Source: a virus. From it: a DNA stretch of 64,000 nucleotides. The stretch covers positions 1 to 64,000 of IMG/VR virus record IMGVR_UViG_3300012663_000526; one strand, 5' to 3'. This document shows, piece after piece, positions 35,687-46,095 of this stretch. The notes beneath the pieces are model-generated. The model saw only the letters and a list, made by a program, of their open reading frames with translations, was not told the DNA's origin and searched no databases. A program made the translations under genes and the position numbers. Within the stretch, counting starts at the first letter, position 1. Each line of letters begins with the position of its first letter.

Positions 35687-36323
35687 AGATATTAGAATAG
35701 ACTGGGAAAAACCTTCCCCAGCTTCAAAAGAAATACCTAAATGGTTTAAAAAAATTGAAGCGGTAAATGATGAAAATCATGATATGACAATAAAGAAGTG
35801 CATCCCTTTCTTGGACACACTTACAACTGGATATATGTTTAAAACATCTGCAGATGTAATATATGACGAAGAGTATCATAGATTCTTAGACAATGGTGTA
35901 TCTGAAACCGTTACACTTCATCCTACATTTCAAATAGAAAATATGGAGATAGATAGCAATCTACACCCACTTCCGTATAAATGGATTAACAAGTTTATGT
36001 GGCAGACTCCTAAAGGATACAGCACCATGTTCTTGCACCCATTAAACAGAACAGACCTTCCATTCCAATCTATATCTGGTATCGTAGATACAGATGACTT
36101 TCCTTTGTCAGTACAGTTCCCGTTTTTTATGAAAAAGGGATTCTCTGGTTTAATACCAGCAGGAACTCCAATTATTCAAGCCATACCTTTTAAAAGAGAT
36201 GACTGGGATCTTAAGTTTCCAGATCAACAAGAATCTTACGAATACGAAGGTTTTTGGAATTGGTTCCAGCCTCCTATGGCAAAGTACAAAAGGCAATTCT
36301 GGAAGAGAAAGCGCTATCAGTGA
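35643..36323 (+). CDS. DUF6065-like conserved phage protein
   Basis: PKWFK, KKCIP, TPKGYS..LHPLNR, IVDTD, GTPIIQAIPFKR. Confidence 0.75.
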   Translation: MQFNPTTKKIKALSEDIRIDWEKPSPASKEIPKWFKKIEAVNDENHDMTIKKCIPFLDTLTTGYMFKTSADVIYDEEYHRFLDNGVSETVTLHPTFQIENMEIDSNLHPLPYKWINKFMWQTPKGYSTMFLHPLNRTDLPFQSISGIVDTDDFPLSVQFPFFMKKGFSGLIPAGTPIIQAIPFKRDDWDLKFPDQQESYEYEGFWNWFQPPMAKYKRQFWKRKRYQ

Positions 36324-37159
36324 AAGACAAGAAAACTCCATGGGATATTTTTAAGTCTAAGGGTCAAGAAAAGGTATCCTTAGAGGATGAAGTAAAAAAA
36401 GACTACATAAATGATGACGACTTCTTGGTGCCAGAAAAAACTCTAGCATTTTACGCTACAAGAGATACTAGACATAATTTGTCAGATGTGATGGAAAGTT
36501 TAATTGGTCACCCGAATAGGGATTGGTTTGCAGTCACAGCATTTTCTTTTTGTCTTCCATTAACAATAGCAAATCAATATGGATTTGTAGTAAAGTCAAA
36601 TTGGGATATGGAAATAACTTGGGATGGTAAAGCAGAGTCTTCGCCTCAGATAAAATCAGATGGTTGGCAAAACCATGATTCAATTCAGCCTATTATAGGA
36701 GATTTTGCAAATGGAATAATTAGCCTAGAAAATGCGTTTATAGTAAGAACCCCAAGAGATACGAATCTAATGATCATGCAGCCTCCAAATTACTTTATAC
36801 CAGGACTTCACACAATGAGTGCCGTAGTTGAAGCGGATAACCTTAGAAGAAATTTTACCTTCAACATAAAGGTTACTGAGCCAAATAAGGTTATAAATAT
36901 TAAAAAGGGTGACTGGCTTGCGGCATTTATTCCAATACCAAGATTTTACGTAGATAGCTTTGAGATGAAAGACGCATTTAAGCTCTTTGGCGATGAAGTA
37001 ATAAAAAACGAGCTAGAGTCCATGCATAAGCTTGGTTGGGAAAGGAATAATCAAGACTATGATAAAATTAATGGTTCAGGAAGAAGATATTTTAAGGGCA
37101 AGCATGTAAATGATACTCCTTATAGAAATCATCAGAAAAGGGCGGGGTTAAATGGATAA
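36320..37159 (+). CDS. DUF6065 family protein
   Basis: RDW, FCLPLTIANQYGF, PPNY, VVEAD, FTFN.K, FIPIPR, RRYFKG; GTGA overlap. Confidence 0.75.
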   Translation: MKDKKTPWDIFKSKGQEKVSLEDEVKKDYINDDDFLVPEKTLAFYATRDTRHNLSDVMESLIGHPNRDWFAVTAFSFCLPLTIANQYGFVVKSNWDMEITWDGKAESSPQIKSDGWQNHDSIQPIIGDFANGIISLENAFIVRTPRDTNLMIMQPPNYFIPGLHTMSAVVEADNLRRNFTFNIKVTEPNKVINIKKGDWLAAFIPIPRFYVDSFEMKDAFKLFGDEVIKNELESMHKLGWERNNQDYDKINGSGRRYFKGKHVNDTPYRNHQKRAGLNG

Positions 37160-37421
37160 TAGCGATATTCCTAAGTGGAAGAATGTCCCAGCTAGACCAT
37201 GGGATTTGTTTAATAAAAAAATAGGAAGAGTTCCTTCTGAGGTTGCGGCTGAAAGATTTGAAATTTGCAAGGCTTGCCCTAGATATGTAAAATCTACACA
37301 TCAATGCTTAGAGTGTGGATGTATTATGAATTTAAAAGTTAAGCTGCCTAATGCCGAATGTCCTTTGGGTCATTGGGGCCAAGTAGACTTAGAAGAGAGT
37401 ACAGACTTAGATAAGGAATAA
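37152..37421 (+). CDS. Six-Cys small protein (DUF6171-like)
   Basis: R..ICKACP....QCLECGC...K......CP..HW. Confidence 0.75.
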   Translation: MDNSDIPKWKNVPARPWDLFNKKIGRVPSEVAAERFEICKACPRYVKSTHQCLECGCIMNLKVKLPNAECPLGHWGQVDLEESTDLDKE

Positions 37422-37454
37422 CGATTTATGCTTAATTTAAGGTATAATTAAAGC

Positions 37455-40415
37455 ATGGCTACGTCATTCCCAACCTCAAAAGATACTCTGATTAATCCAC
37501 AACCTCTGGATTCACCAGAATTAGTATCACATGCCGCCCAGCATGCTAACGCAAATGACGCAATTGAAGCCCTTGAGACAAAGGTTGGAGTTAATAACTC
37601 TGCTGATGCCACATCCCATGACTATAAAATAAGAACCCTAGAATCTTATGCAATTAGCTATGAAACAGCTCAGGATGCCGCAGGAGCCCTTTTAGGACAC
37701 ACTAACCATACAAACCTTATAGCGACCTATGACGATGTTTTAAATGAAGTTAGACTTTCAGTAGCCGCTCCAGATGTTGCTAGAACAATTTATCAAACTG
37801 CCAAAAATGAAACAGGATCTACACTGGCAAAAGGAAAGCCAGTATATGTAACTGGAGCAGTAGGTGCATCAGGAAAAATTAAAGTTGGGCTAGCCTCAAA
37901 TGTATCAGAAGCACAATCAAGCAAGACATTTGGATTTACAGCAGAGTCTATTTCTAATAATAGCGAAGGCCAAATAATTACAGAAGGACTTCTTTCTAAT
38001 ATTAATACAGTTGACGGAGCTGACGGAGATCCTGTATGGCTTGGATCAAATGGTAGTTTAATATTTGGTCTTGTCAATAAGCCAAAAGCACCACAGCATC
38101 TTGTATTCCTTGGAATTGTTGTAAGAGGCGGACATGCCAATAACGGATCAATATTTGTTAAGATACAAAATGGATTTGAGCTTGAAGAATTACACAATGT
38201 TTTAATTAAGTCTCCAGCAAATAGTCAAGCTCTTGTATATGATTCAGCTTCAGGTTTATGGAAGAATATAAGCATAAATGCTGGAACTGGAATAACAAAA
38301 ACATACACTTCGGTTCCCCCCAATTATCGTGGAGACTATGACAACGGTGCATACTATGCAATAAATGATGTTGTCAGCATCCCAGTTGGAAGTCCATACG
38401 GAATAGTAGGTTCATATTTTATAAGGTCTGGAAATCCAGGAAACCCAGGATATCCTCCAGAGCCAGGCGGAGCAACAAATGCTTCTTGGACTTTATTTGA
38501 TTTTTCTTCAAGTATAACTATTGGAGTAGATACTTCAGTAATAGCAACTCAATCTTATGTAACTACAGCAATATCTAATTTGCTAGATGGAGCACCAGCC
38601 GCTCTAGATACTTTAAATGAATTAGCAGCAGCAATAAATGACGATGCTTCTTATGCAGCAACAATAACAACTGCACTAGGAACAAAATTAAACTCAACAA
38701 CTGCAGCCACTACTTATCTTGCCCTTGCAGACACAGACGAAAGAATACAAGATGTAGTTGGGGGAATGGTTTCTTCAAATACTGAAGGCGGAATTGAAGT
38801 AACATACGATGACCCAACAGGAAAGCTTAATTTTAGTGTCACCCCAGCGCTTATAACAGAGTTTGTAGAATCAGCACAAGATGCATCAGCCTCATTATTA
38901 AATCACTCAGATCATAATAAAATAACAGCTACATATAATGACGAAACAAATAAAGTAATATTAAATGTAGATGAGCCAATTAAGGTTAGTGTTTCAGCGC
39001 CAGCAAACCCATTAAATGGAGATAGCTGGTTTGATCATCAGACTGGAGTGCTTTATGTTTACGATGGCTCATACTGGATTGAAGTATCAGGCGGAACTGG
39101 CTTTACAGCTAGCGGTATAAATGACTTGCCAGATAGTATTGCATATTTAGATGGAGTCACAAGTAACGTTCAAACACAATTAAATGCAAAAGCTCCACTG
39201 GCTTCTCCAGCTTTAACTGGTACGCCAACTTCTACAACTGCTTCTGTAGATACAAATACTACACAGATAGCGACTACAGCATATGTAATGGGTCAAGGAT
39301 ATGCTAAGTTAGCAGGTCCAACATTTACTGGAACGGTTACGTTGCCATCTACAACTTCTATAGGAACAATAACATCAGCGGAGCTTGGATATGTTGACGG
39401 AGTAACCTCATCAATTCAAACACAAATAAACACTAAGTCTCCTTCTGTTTCTCCAACTTTTACAGGAAACGTAGTTCTTCCGTCTACAACATCAATTGGA
39501 AATGTTTCAGATATAGAGATTGGGTATTTAGATGGAGTAACATCTTCTATCCAAACTCAAATAAATACAAAATTAGCAACTGCATCTTTTAGCTATGTAA
39601 ATATGGTAAAGGCTACTTATGCAAATGTTGGCTCACTTCCTGCCGCTGCTTCAAATACTGGAAAAGTTATGTATGTAACTGCTGACGGATATATGTACTA
39701 TTCAACAGGAGCAACTTGGGTAAAGATTGCAAAATTTAACGATACAACAGCTTTAACATATAATATTAATGCGCTTACAGATGTTGATACTGGAACCGTT
39801 GCCCCATTAGTAAATCAAGTATTAGCATGGAATGGGTCTCAGTGGGTTCCAGCAAATCAGAATTCAGCAACCCCATCAATAACATTAGATGACATTACAA
39901 ATGTTGATTTTTCTGTTCCTCCTGAAACTGATGATGTTCTTACATATAATGGTTCAGAATGGGTTGCGGCTGCTGGAGGAAATTCAGTTGTAGAAATACC
40001 AGCCTTTGCAGATTTAACAGATATATTCCAAACAGCAGACATGATTGCTTATCCAGCAATAACAAGGCTAACTGTTACTGCTGCAGGATCATCTGGATAT
40101 GTCTTTGGAGATCAATATAATAATACAGTAAATCCAACAGTTTATGCTATATCAGGAACAACAATTGCATTTAATTTAAATGTGCCAGGTCATCCATTCT
40201 TAATTCAAACATCTGGCGGAGCTAACTCTAACGCAGGACTTGTGCATGTATCTACAGATGGAACTGAAAGTGTTGGGGGAAATGCACAGGGTAAAACAGA
40301 AGGAACTCTTTACTGGCGCATACCATTCAATACTACTGGCAACTATAAATATCAATGCTCAATTCACGTTGGGATGAATGGAGTTATTACGATTAAGGAT
40401 ATTGCTACAATATGA
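37455..40415 (+). CDS. Long mosaic fibre protein with C-terminal cupredoxin-like domain
   Basis: HA.QHAN.NDAIEALE anchor; YLDGVTS repeats; C-terminal GHPF...YQCSIHVGM.G. Confidence 0.8.
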   Translation: MATSFPTSKDTLINPQPLDSPELVSHAAQHANANDAIEALETKVGVNNSADATSHDYKIRTLESYAISYETAQDAAGALLGHTNHTNLIATYDDVLNEVRLSVAAPDVARTIYQTAKNETGSTLAKGKPVYVTGAVGASGKIKVGLASNVSEAQSSKTFGFTAESISNNSEGQIITEGLLSNINTVDGADGDPVWLGSNGSLIFGLVNKPKAPQHLVFLGIVVRGGHANNGSIFVKIQNGFELEELHNVLIKSPANSQALVYDSASGLWKNISINAGTGITKTYTSVPPNYRGDYDNGAYYAINDVVSIPVGSPYGIVGSYFIRSGNPGNPGYPPEPGGATNASWTLFDFSSSITIGVDTSVIATQSYVTTAISNLLDGAPAALDTLNELAAAINDDASYAATITTALGTKLNSTTAATTYLALADTDERIQDVVGGMVSSNTEGGIEVTYDDPTGKLNFSVTPALITEFVESAQDASASLLNHSDHNKITATYNDETNKVILNVDEPIKVSVSAPANPLNGDSWFDHQTGVLYVYDGSYWIEVSGGTGFTASGINDLPDSIAYLDGVTSNVQTQLNAKAPLASPALTGTPTSTTASVDTNTTQIATTAYVMGQGYAKLAGPTFTGTVTLPSTTSIGTITSAELGYVDGVTSSIQTQINTKSPSVSPTFTGNVVLPSTTSIGNVSDIEIGYLDGVTSSIQTQINTKLATASFSYVNMVKATYANVGSLPAAASNTGKVMYVTADGYMYYSTGATWVKIAKFNDTTALTYNINALTDVDTGTVAPLVNQVLAWNGSQWVPANQNSATPSITLDDITNVDFSVPPETDDVLTYNGSEWVAAAGGNSVVEIPAFADLTDIFQTADMIAYPAITRLTVTAAGSSGYVFGDQYNNTVNPTVYAISGTTIAFNLNVPGHPFLIQTSGGANSNAGLVHVSTDGTESVGGNAQGKTEGTLYWRIPFNTTGNYKYQCSIHVGMNGVITIKDIATI

Positions 40416-40651
40416 TAATGGAAAAAGTAGGTAACTTTGAATGGAAGATTGAGGATAGTGAAAACATTCCTTTTCTTAATCTAACCATTAAAAATGTATC
40501 CGAAAACAAGACGGTATTAATATCAGATGTAGTCTGGGCTACTGGGCGAGAAGACTTTTTGTCTGGAGTATATAATGCTGCGGTTGAGACTTTAAATGGA
40601 GCAGATCATTGCTGCTATGATGGTAAAGTTTCTTTAGTAGAGGAGGCATAA
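40412..40651 (+). CDS. Hypothetical protein
   Basis: ATGA overlap; HCC motif. Confidence 0.6.
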   Translation: MIMEKVGNFEWKIEDSENIPFLNLTIKNVSENKTVLISDVVWATGREDFLSGVYNAAVETLNGADHCCYDGKVSLVEEA

Positions 40652-40652
40652 A

Positions 40653-41852
40653 ATGGCAACTTTTTTCCCAGCTAATCCAAATGTAAACCAAGAATATAAT
40701 GGTTATAAGTGGAACGGTGAAGCCTGGCGTATTATCAATGTTGAGAGAGAAACAGCTCAAGATGATGTTGCAGCAATGCTTACTCATGCAAATCATCAAA
40801 ACATAACTGTCACATATGATGATGCCAACAATAAGGTAATATTTACTGGATTTCCTCAGCTAACTCAAGAGCAGATACAAGACTTCCTTGCACCAATGTT
40901 TACTCATGGAACAAATTCAAATATAACTGCTACATACGACGACGAAACAAATAAAATGATGCTTGAGGCAGTAATACCTCCTTCAAAGGCATATATGTCT
41001 GTTATGGCTCCAGCCAGCCCAGTTGATGGACAGTTGTGGTACGACACTGATGAAGCAAGATCTGGCGTAACTGGTGCATTAAAAATATGGAATGCACTTA
41101 CAACTCAGTGGGTGTTTTTAAATCCAAATCTATCTCAATCTACTACGAACACTTGGACTTCAAATAATACGTTTAGCAATGGTGTAATTATCGGTCTTGC
41201 CGCCGCACCAACTTCTCCAGTAGAAGGACAGATATACTATAACACTGTTTTAAATAGTCTTAAAATATTTGATGGACAATTATGGCAAGATGTTCAAGGC
41301 GGAGGCGGAGGTGGTGGACTAAGTTTAACTTCTACTGACCTAACCGTTCCTCCTAGCACATTCTTCGTAGGATTAATTGCTCCACCAGGTGGCGCTACAA
41401 ATACTGGTGATTTGTGGATTGATATTGATGATGATGCTGGAGAGACAGAATTTATTTTTGCTGGACCTGAAGCTCCAACAAATTATGGAACAGACACCTT
41501 GTGGATTGATACTGACGAACCAATAACAGAATTAATTTACAGTGCAAATGAACCAGCAAACCCATCTTATACAGGAGAACTTTGGATAGATTTAGATGAT
41601 ACTTCAGGACAATCAATTTTGTCTGCTAATACTCCACCGTCTCCTTCAGAAACAGAATTTTGGTTAGACTTAACATCAGAAGAAGGTTCCGTTCTTTATG
41701 CAAACGTGTCAGACTTGCCACCAGCATTAGATTCTTTAGGAGCCCTAGCTTATGTTAGTTCAAATCAATCTTTATATATTGGAACAGCTCAAGGCTGGAA
41801 GAAATTTTACCCAAACTATGATTCAGAAGCTCTTTCTTGGATGGGCTTTTGA
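40653..41852 (+). CDS. Fibre protein with repeated P....LWID modules
   Basis: At least four LW(I/Y)D repeats; shares TYDD modules with 37455. Confidence 0.75.
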   Translation: MATFFPANPNVNQEYNGYKWNGEAWRIINVERETAQDDVAAMLTHANHQNITVTYDDANNKVIFTGFPQLTQEQIQDFLAPMFTHGTNSNITATYDDETNKMMLEAVIPPSKAYMSVMAPASPVDGQLWYDTDEARSGVTGALKIWNALTTQWVFLNPNLSQSTTNTWTSNNTFSNGVIIGLAAAPTSPVEGQIYYNTVLNSLKIFDGQLWQDVQGGGGGGGLSLTSTDLTVPPSTFFVGLIAPPGGATNTGDLWIDIDDDAGETEFIFAGPEAPTNYGTDTLWIDTDEPITELIYSANEPANPSYTGELWIDLDDTSGQSILSANTPPSPSETEFWLDLTSEEGSVLYANVSDLPPALDSLGALAYVSSNQSLYIGTAQGWKKFYPNYDSEALSWMGF

Positions 41853-41889
41853 TAACTATTCATAGTATAATTAAGGCGAGGTATCAAAC

Positions 41890-42510
41890 ATGTCATTAAA
41901 ACGTTGGAACGGCTCAGCTTGGGTTGTAGTAGCAGGATCACGTCCAGGACCACAAGGTCCTCAAGGACTTCCAGGTGCCGCAGCAACAGTTTCTATTGGA
42001 ACTGTAACAACATTGCCTTCAGGATCTACACCAACTGTTGTAAATAGCGGAACATCAGCAGCAGCAGTTTTAAACTTTAGTCTTCCCTCTGGAACACAGG
42101 GCCCAGCAGGTGCCCCAGGTACCCCAGGAGCCCAGGGAACGGCAGGACAAAGAGGTTCTTACAACTATACTGGAATAGCAAATCCAACAGCCTTAAATCC
42201 AGCAAACAAGTTGGGTCTAGATAATTATTTAAATACTACAACAGGCGACTGGTTTCAATACAATTCAACAACTTCTCAATGGACATTGCAAGGAAATATT
42301 CGTGGCCCACAAGGTCAACAGGGTATTAAGGGTGATACTGGAGCGGTAGGACCTTCTGGTAATGAACTGGCAAATGCTATACTAGAGGAGACTACAGTTG
42401 CTAGAGTAGACGCAATGCTTAATCTTGGCTTGTATTATCCAAAATATACAAGTACACTAACTCAAACACAGCTTAACAGTAGATTTGCAGCATCAAGTTA
42501 TTTATTTTAG
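41890..42510 (+). CDS. Collagen-like fibre protein
   Basis: Three G-X-Y tracts (GPQGPQGLPG etc.). Confidence 0.8.
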   Translation: MSLKRWNGSAWVVVAGSRPGPQGPQGLPGAAATVSIGTVTTLPSGSTPTVVNSGTSAAAVLNFSLPSGTQGPAGAPGTPGAQGTAGQRGSYNYTGIANPTALNPANKLGLDNYLNTTTGDWFQYNSTTSQWTLQGNIRGPQGQQGIKGDTGAVGPSGNELANAILEETTVARVDAMLNLGLYYPKYTSTLTQTQLNSRFAASSYLF

Positions 42511-42519
42511 GGAGAAAAA

Positions 42520-45500
42520 ATGGCAAGAAGACAAATAGAAGAAACATACTATACGTTTAACCCAGCAACAAATACTATTGTTGTCCCTAGAATCATTCTT
42601 CAAGACCGCTTAATGCTTATTACCAACACCACTGCGGGTAAGGTAATTTATAATTTTGCAGATAACACAACAAATGCTTATAGCTTTACAATAGACAATG
42701 AATTAGGATATGATCCAAAAACTACAATTGTATTAAAGTACAACTGTAATGGAATGAATGCTAATGACAAGTTGGCAATCATTGTTGATGAAGTTGCGGA
42801 AACAATGACATTTACAGAGCCTCTTCTAGACGCAGTAAATAAGCTTAGAGTAGCTCCACCACAATCACTTATCGATACAGACTTTGAATACGGTGTACAG
42901 GGTTCTAAATGGGAAGCCCTTGTATTAACAGCAAATTACCCTTCATTCTTCTCAAGAGCAACTGGAGGAAACTCGTTTGACCTAGCTTCAATGGTTGGTG
43001 ACGGAGCTTCTCCTAGATCATTAGTTACAGTTAACGTTATTTCACCAGCTACAGACCTTGCAGCTGGAGATGTTATCTCTATACAGGATTCGCTAAACCC
43101 ACTATCAGAAGGAACATACCCAATCCAATCAGTTTCTACTGACGGATACACATTCACATTTAGAGCATCTGGAGTAGTAAGCGGAAACCTAAGAGATGGA
43201 ACACTAACTGCAGTAACAGGTGGAGGAATTTATGACAATGCTCATATTCCAGGAGGAAACGCAGCCGCAGGTTTAAATGGCTGGTCTGCATACTCTGATG
43301 AAGCAGGAGAGTCTACTATTACAGTTACAACAAGTAATCCACACGGATTGCTTCCAGGAACACCAATTCTTATTGGAAACCAAAATCCTGCATGTCCAAT
43401 TTCTGGTACATGGAGAATATTTAACGTTTCTACTCCAAACCAATTTAAGTTTAAAATGACTTCTGCAGTAACAAACTCTTCAATGGTTACAGCGGGAGTA
43501 GGCTTATATGCAAAGCCAAACGGATACGTACAGCATAGACCATTTGACGGCGGAGTTATCTTATCTACTACAGATAACGTATGTGGAGTTAGAGTAGTTC
43601 GTCAAACACGTAGATACTTTAGATACCAGTCTGGTAAGGCTATGCAGTTCTCAACTGGTGTAAAATTTACACCAACATTTGATATTGATGGAATCACAGT
43701 TGCAGGAGTTCTTCCAGGAAGTCAAACAGTTACAGTTCAAACTATTCAAGACCATGGATTACAACCTGGAGCAAAGATTAAGATTGAAGGTGTCGTAACT
43801 GCTGGATCGTATAACCCATGGAATGGAAAATTCGTAGTCACTAATATTCTTGGTACAAACTCTTTCCAATACAATATGGTTCTTACACAAGGACTTCAAG
43901 CAACAGATCAGTTCCCAGGTGGTATTGATGTAAAGGCAACAGTTTATGAGTGGGATGGAGCAGCAACACGTTGTGGTCTTTATAACGATCAGAACGGATT
44001 CTTCTTTGAGTATGACGGAACGTATCTATATGCGGTAAGAAGATTTACAAAGAAAGAATTATTTGGAAGACTATCAGTAACACAAAATTCAAACATTGTT
44101 ACTGGAATTGGAACAAGATTTAGAAAGCAGTTGTTGGTAGGAGAGCAAATTGTTATTAAGGGTGCTAACTATATAGTAGCTGAAATTTCAAGTGATACAA
44201 GAATTGCAATTACTCCAGCATATAAGGGTGCAACAAATGCAACCTCAAGATATTTGATCACTCAAGAAATTCGTGTTCCTCAAACAGAGTGGAGCATGGA
44301 TAGAATGGACGGAACTGGTCCTAGCGGTTACACACTTGATACAACTCAAATGCAGATGGCGTATATCGACTATACTTGGTATGGAGCAGGATTTATTAGA
44401 TTTGGATTTAGAACTACTGAAGGTAACATTGCTTATTGCCATAAAATGCCTAATAACAATACCAATACAGAAGCATATATGCGTTCAGGTAACCTTCCAG
44501 CTAGATACGAAGCAGTTAACTCACCATTCTTTAATACAAAGCTAAAGGCTGGTGGAAATGGAATTGTAGGATCACCACTGGCATCATCAGAAATTCTTAT
44601 GTATGTAGATAGCATTAAGTTCTGGCCAACAGAAGGCTGGTTGATCATTAAGGATAGCTCAGCCGTAGAACTTTGCTCTTATACAATTACAAATCCAGTA
44701 TACAATCAAACAGCTCAGGGATATGCAGTTAATATTAACCGCAGACAGCCTATGACATCGTTCTTTGGCGGAACCCCTTGGGCCCTAAGCGGAACAAATA
44801 ACTCAATTACATTTACTCCAGATTCAACTATTACAAATGGCTCTGGAACATCTCAAGTATCAATTCAGACAATTACAAATACATGTGCTCCAGTTATTTC
44901 ACACTGGGGATCATCAGTAATTATGGACGGAAGATTTGATGATGATAAGAACTTCATCTTCACAGCTGGTATGCAGCGATTTATGAATATTGCAGGTTCT
45001 GGTACAGTTACAGCAAAGGTAACATCTAAGGCGGCATCAGCAGGAACAGCTACTCTTACAACAGCAGCAAACCATGGACTTCAAGCTGGATATCCAGTAT
45101 CGGTTTCAGATGTTAATACAAGAGCTGTTATCACATCTATAGTAAGAACTTCTGCAACAGAATTAACATTTACTACTTCTGGTGCACACAACTTTATTAC
45201 AGGCTACAACGTAAATATCACCAATACAACTCTATCTAATAGAGGGTCTACTGGATTAGTTGTAACAAATGCAATTTTAACAGTTGCAAATGGAACTAGA
45301 ACAATTGCTACAGTCCCAACAACAAATACATTTACAATTACTTTAGCTGGTGCATATGGATATACAGCGCAGCCACAAACTTCATCAGCACTTGCGATTG
45401 AAAATACAACATTTAACGGAACTTATACAGTATCTGCAGTTACAGCAAATACTATTCAGTATACAATACCAAACTCAACATCAATTCCAGCTTCGATTGT

Positions 45501-46083
45501 TACTCCAAACGGAAGCATTCAGCAGTCATTCGGTTCTGCAGCAGTTCCAAGACCACTGATCTCAATCAGAATTGCACCTTCAGCAGATAACGGAATTGGT
45601 AGAAACTATGGTATCCGTGAAGTTATCAATACAATGCAGCTGCAGCTTTCAGAACTAGGAATCTTGGCTCAAGGAACATTCCTTATTCAGGGTCTGTATA
45701 ACGTAGCTAAGTTCCCAACTGGAGTAAACATTCCATCAGATTGGGAAATTAAGAGAGTTCCAGGTGGATCACTTGCACAGGTAATTTACCATGATGGAAC
45801 TGGTGAAATTGGTTCAACCGTAACAACACCTATTACTACAGTGCAAGGCGGAGATCAGGCGTTTGCTTTCTACGTATCTGGTACTGCTACAGACTACAAT
45901 ACAACAACATTCAACCTTTCAAAGGTTAGAGATCTTGGAACATCTATTCTATCTGGAAATGGTAACGCTACCGCTCCAGGATTCCCAAATGGTCCAGACA
46001 TTCTAACAATCGTTGCAACTAACTTAGGTTTAACATCTTCAGATATTTCAGCTCGTCTTTCATGGACTGAAGCTCAGGCTTAA
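42520..46083 (+). CDS. Large virion structural protein
   Basis: 1187 aa; IDTDFEYG, RQTRRYFRYQSGK, WYGAG motifs; repeated TT..HGL..G beta domains. Confidence 0.75.
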   Translation: MARRQIEETYYTFNPATNTIVVPRIILQDRLMLITNTTAGKVIYNFADNTTNAYSFTIDNELGYDPKTTIVLKYNCNGMNANDKLAIIVDEVAETMTFTEPLLDAVNKLRVAPPQSLIDTDFEYGVQGSKWEALVLTANYPSFFSRATGGNSFDLASMVGDGASPRSLVTVNVISPATDLAAGDVISIQDSLNPLSEGTYPIQSVSTDGYTFTFRASGVVSGNLRDGTLTAVTGGGIYDNAHIPGGNAAAGLNGWSAYSDEAGESTITVTTSNPHGLLPGTPILIGNQNPACPISGTWRIFNVSTPNQFKFKMTSAVTNSSMVTAGVGLYAKPNGYVQHRPFDGGVILSTTDNVCGVRVVRQTRRYFRYQSGKAMQFSTGVKFTPTFDIDGITVAGVLPGSQTVTVQTIQDHGLQPGAKIKIEGVVTAGSYNPWNGKFVVTNILGTNSFQYNMVLTQGLQATDQFPGGIDVKATVYEWDGAATRCGLYNDQNGFFFEYDGTYLYAVRRFTKKELFGRLSVTQNSNIVTGIGTRFRKQLLVGEQIVIKGANYIVAEISSDTRIAITPAYKGATNATSRYLITQEIRVPQTEWSMDRMDGTGPSGYTLDTTQMQMAYIDYTWYGAGFIRFGFRTTEGNIAYCHKMPNNNTNTEAYMRSGNLPARYEAVNSPFFNTKLKAGGNGIVGSPLASSEILMYVDSIKFWPTEGWLIIKDSSAVELCSYTITNPVYNQTAQGYAVNINRRQPMTSFFGGTPWALSGTNNSITFTPDSTITNGSGTSQVSIQTITNTCAPVISHWGSSVIMDGRFDDDKNFIFTAGMQRFMNIAGSGTVTAKVTSKAASAGTATLTTAANHGLQAGYPVSVSDVNTRAVITSIVRTSATELTFTTSGAHNFITGYNVNITNTTLSNRGSTGLVVTNAILTVANGTRTIATVPTTNTFTITLAGAYGYTAQPQTSSALAIENTTFNGTYTVSAVTANTIQYTIPNSTSIPASIVTPNGSIQQSFGSAAVPRPLISIRIAPSADNGIGRNYGIREVINTMQLQLSELGILAQGTFLIQGLYNVAKFPTGVNIPSDWEIKRVPGGSLAQVIYHDGTGEIGSTVTTPITTVQGGDQAFAFYVSGTATDYNTTTFNLSKVRDLGTSILSGNGNATAPGFPNGPDILTIVATNLGLTSSDISARLSWTEAQA

Positions 46084-46095
46084 AAGGGAGAAAAA

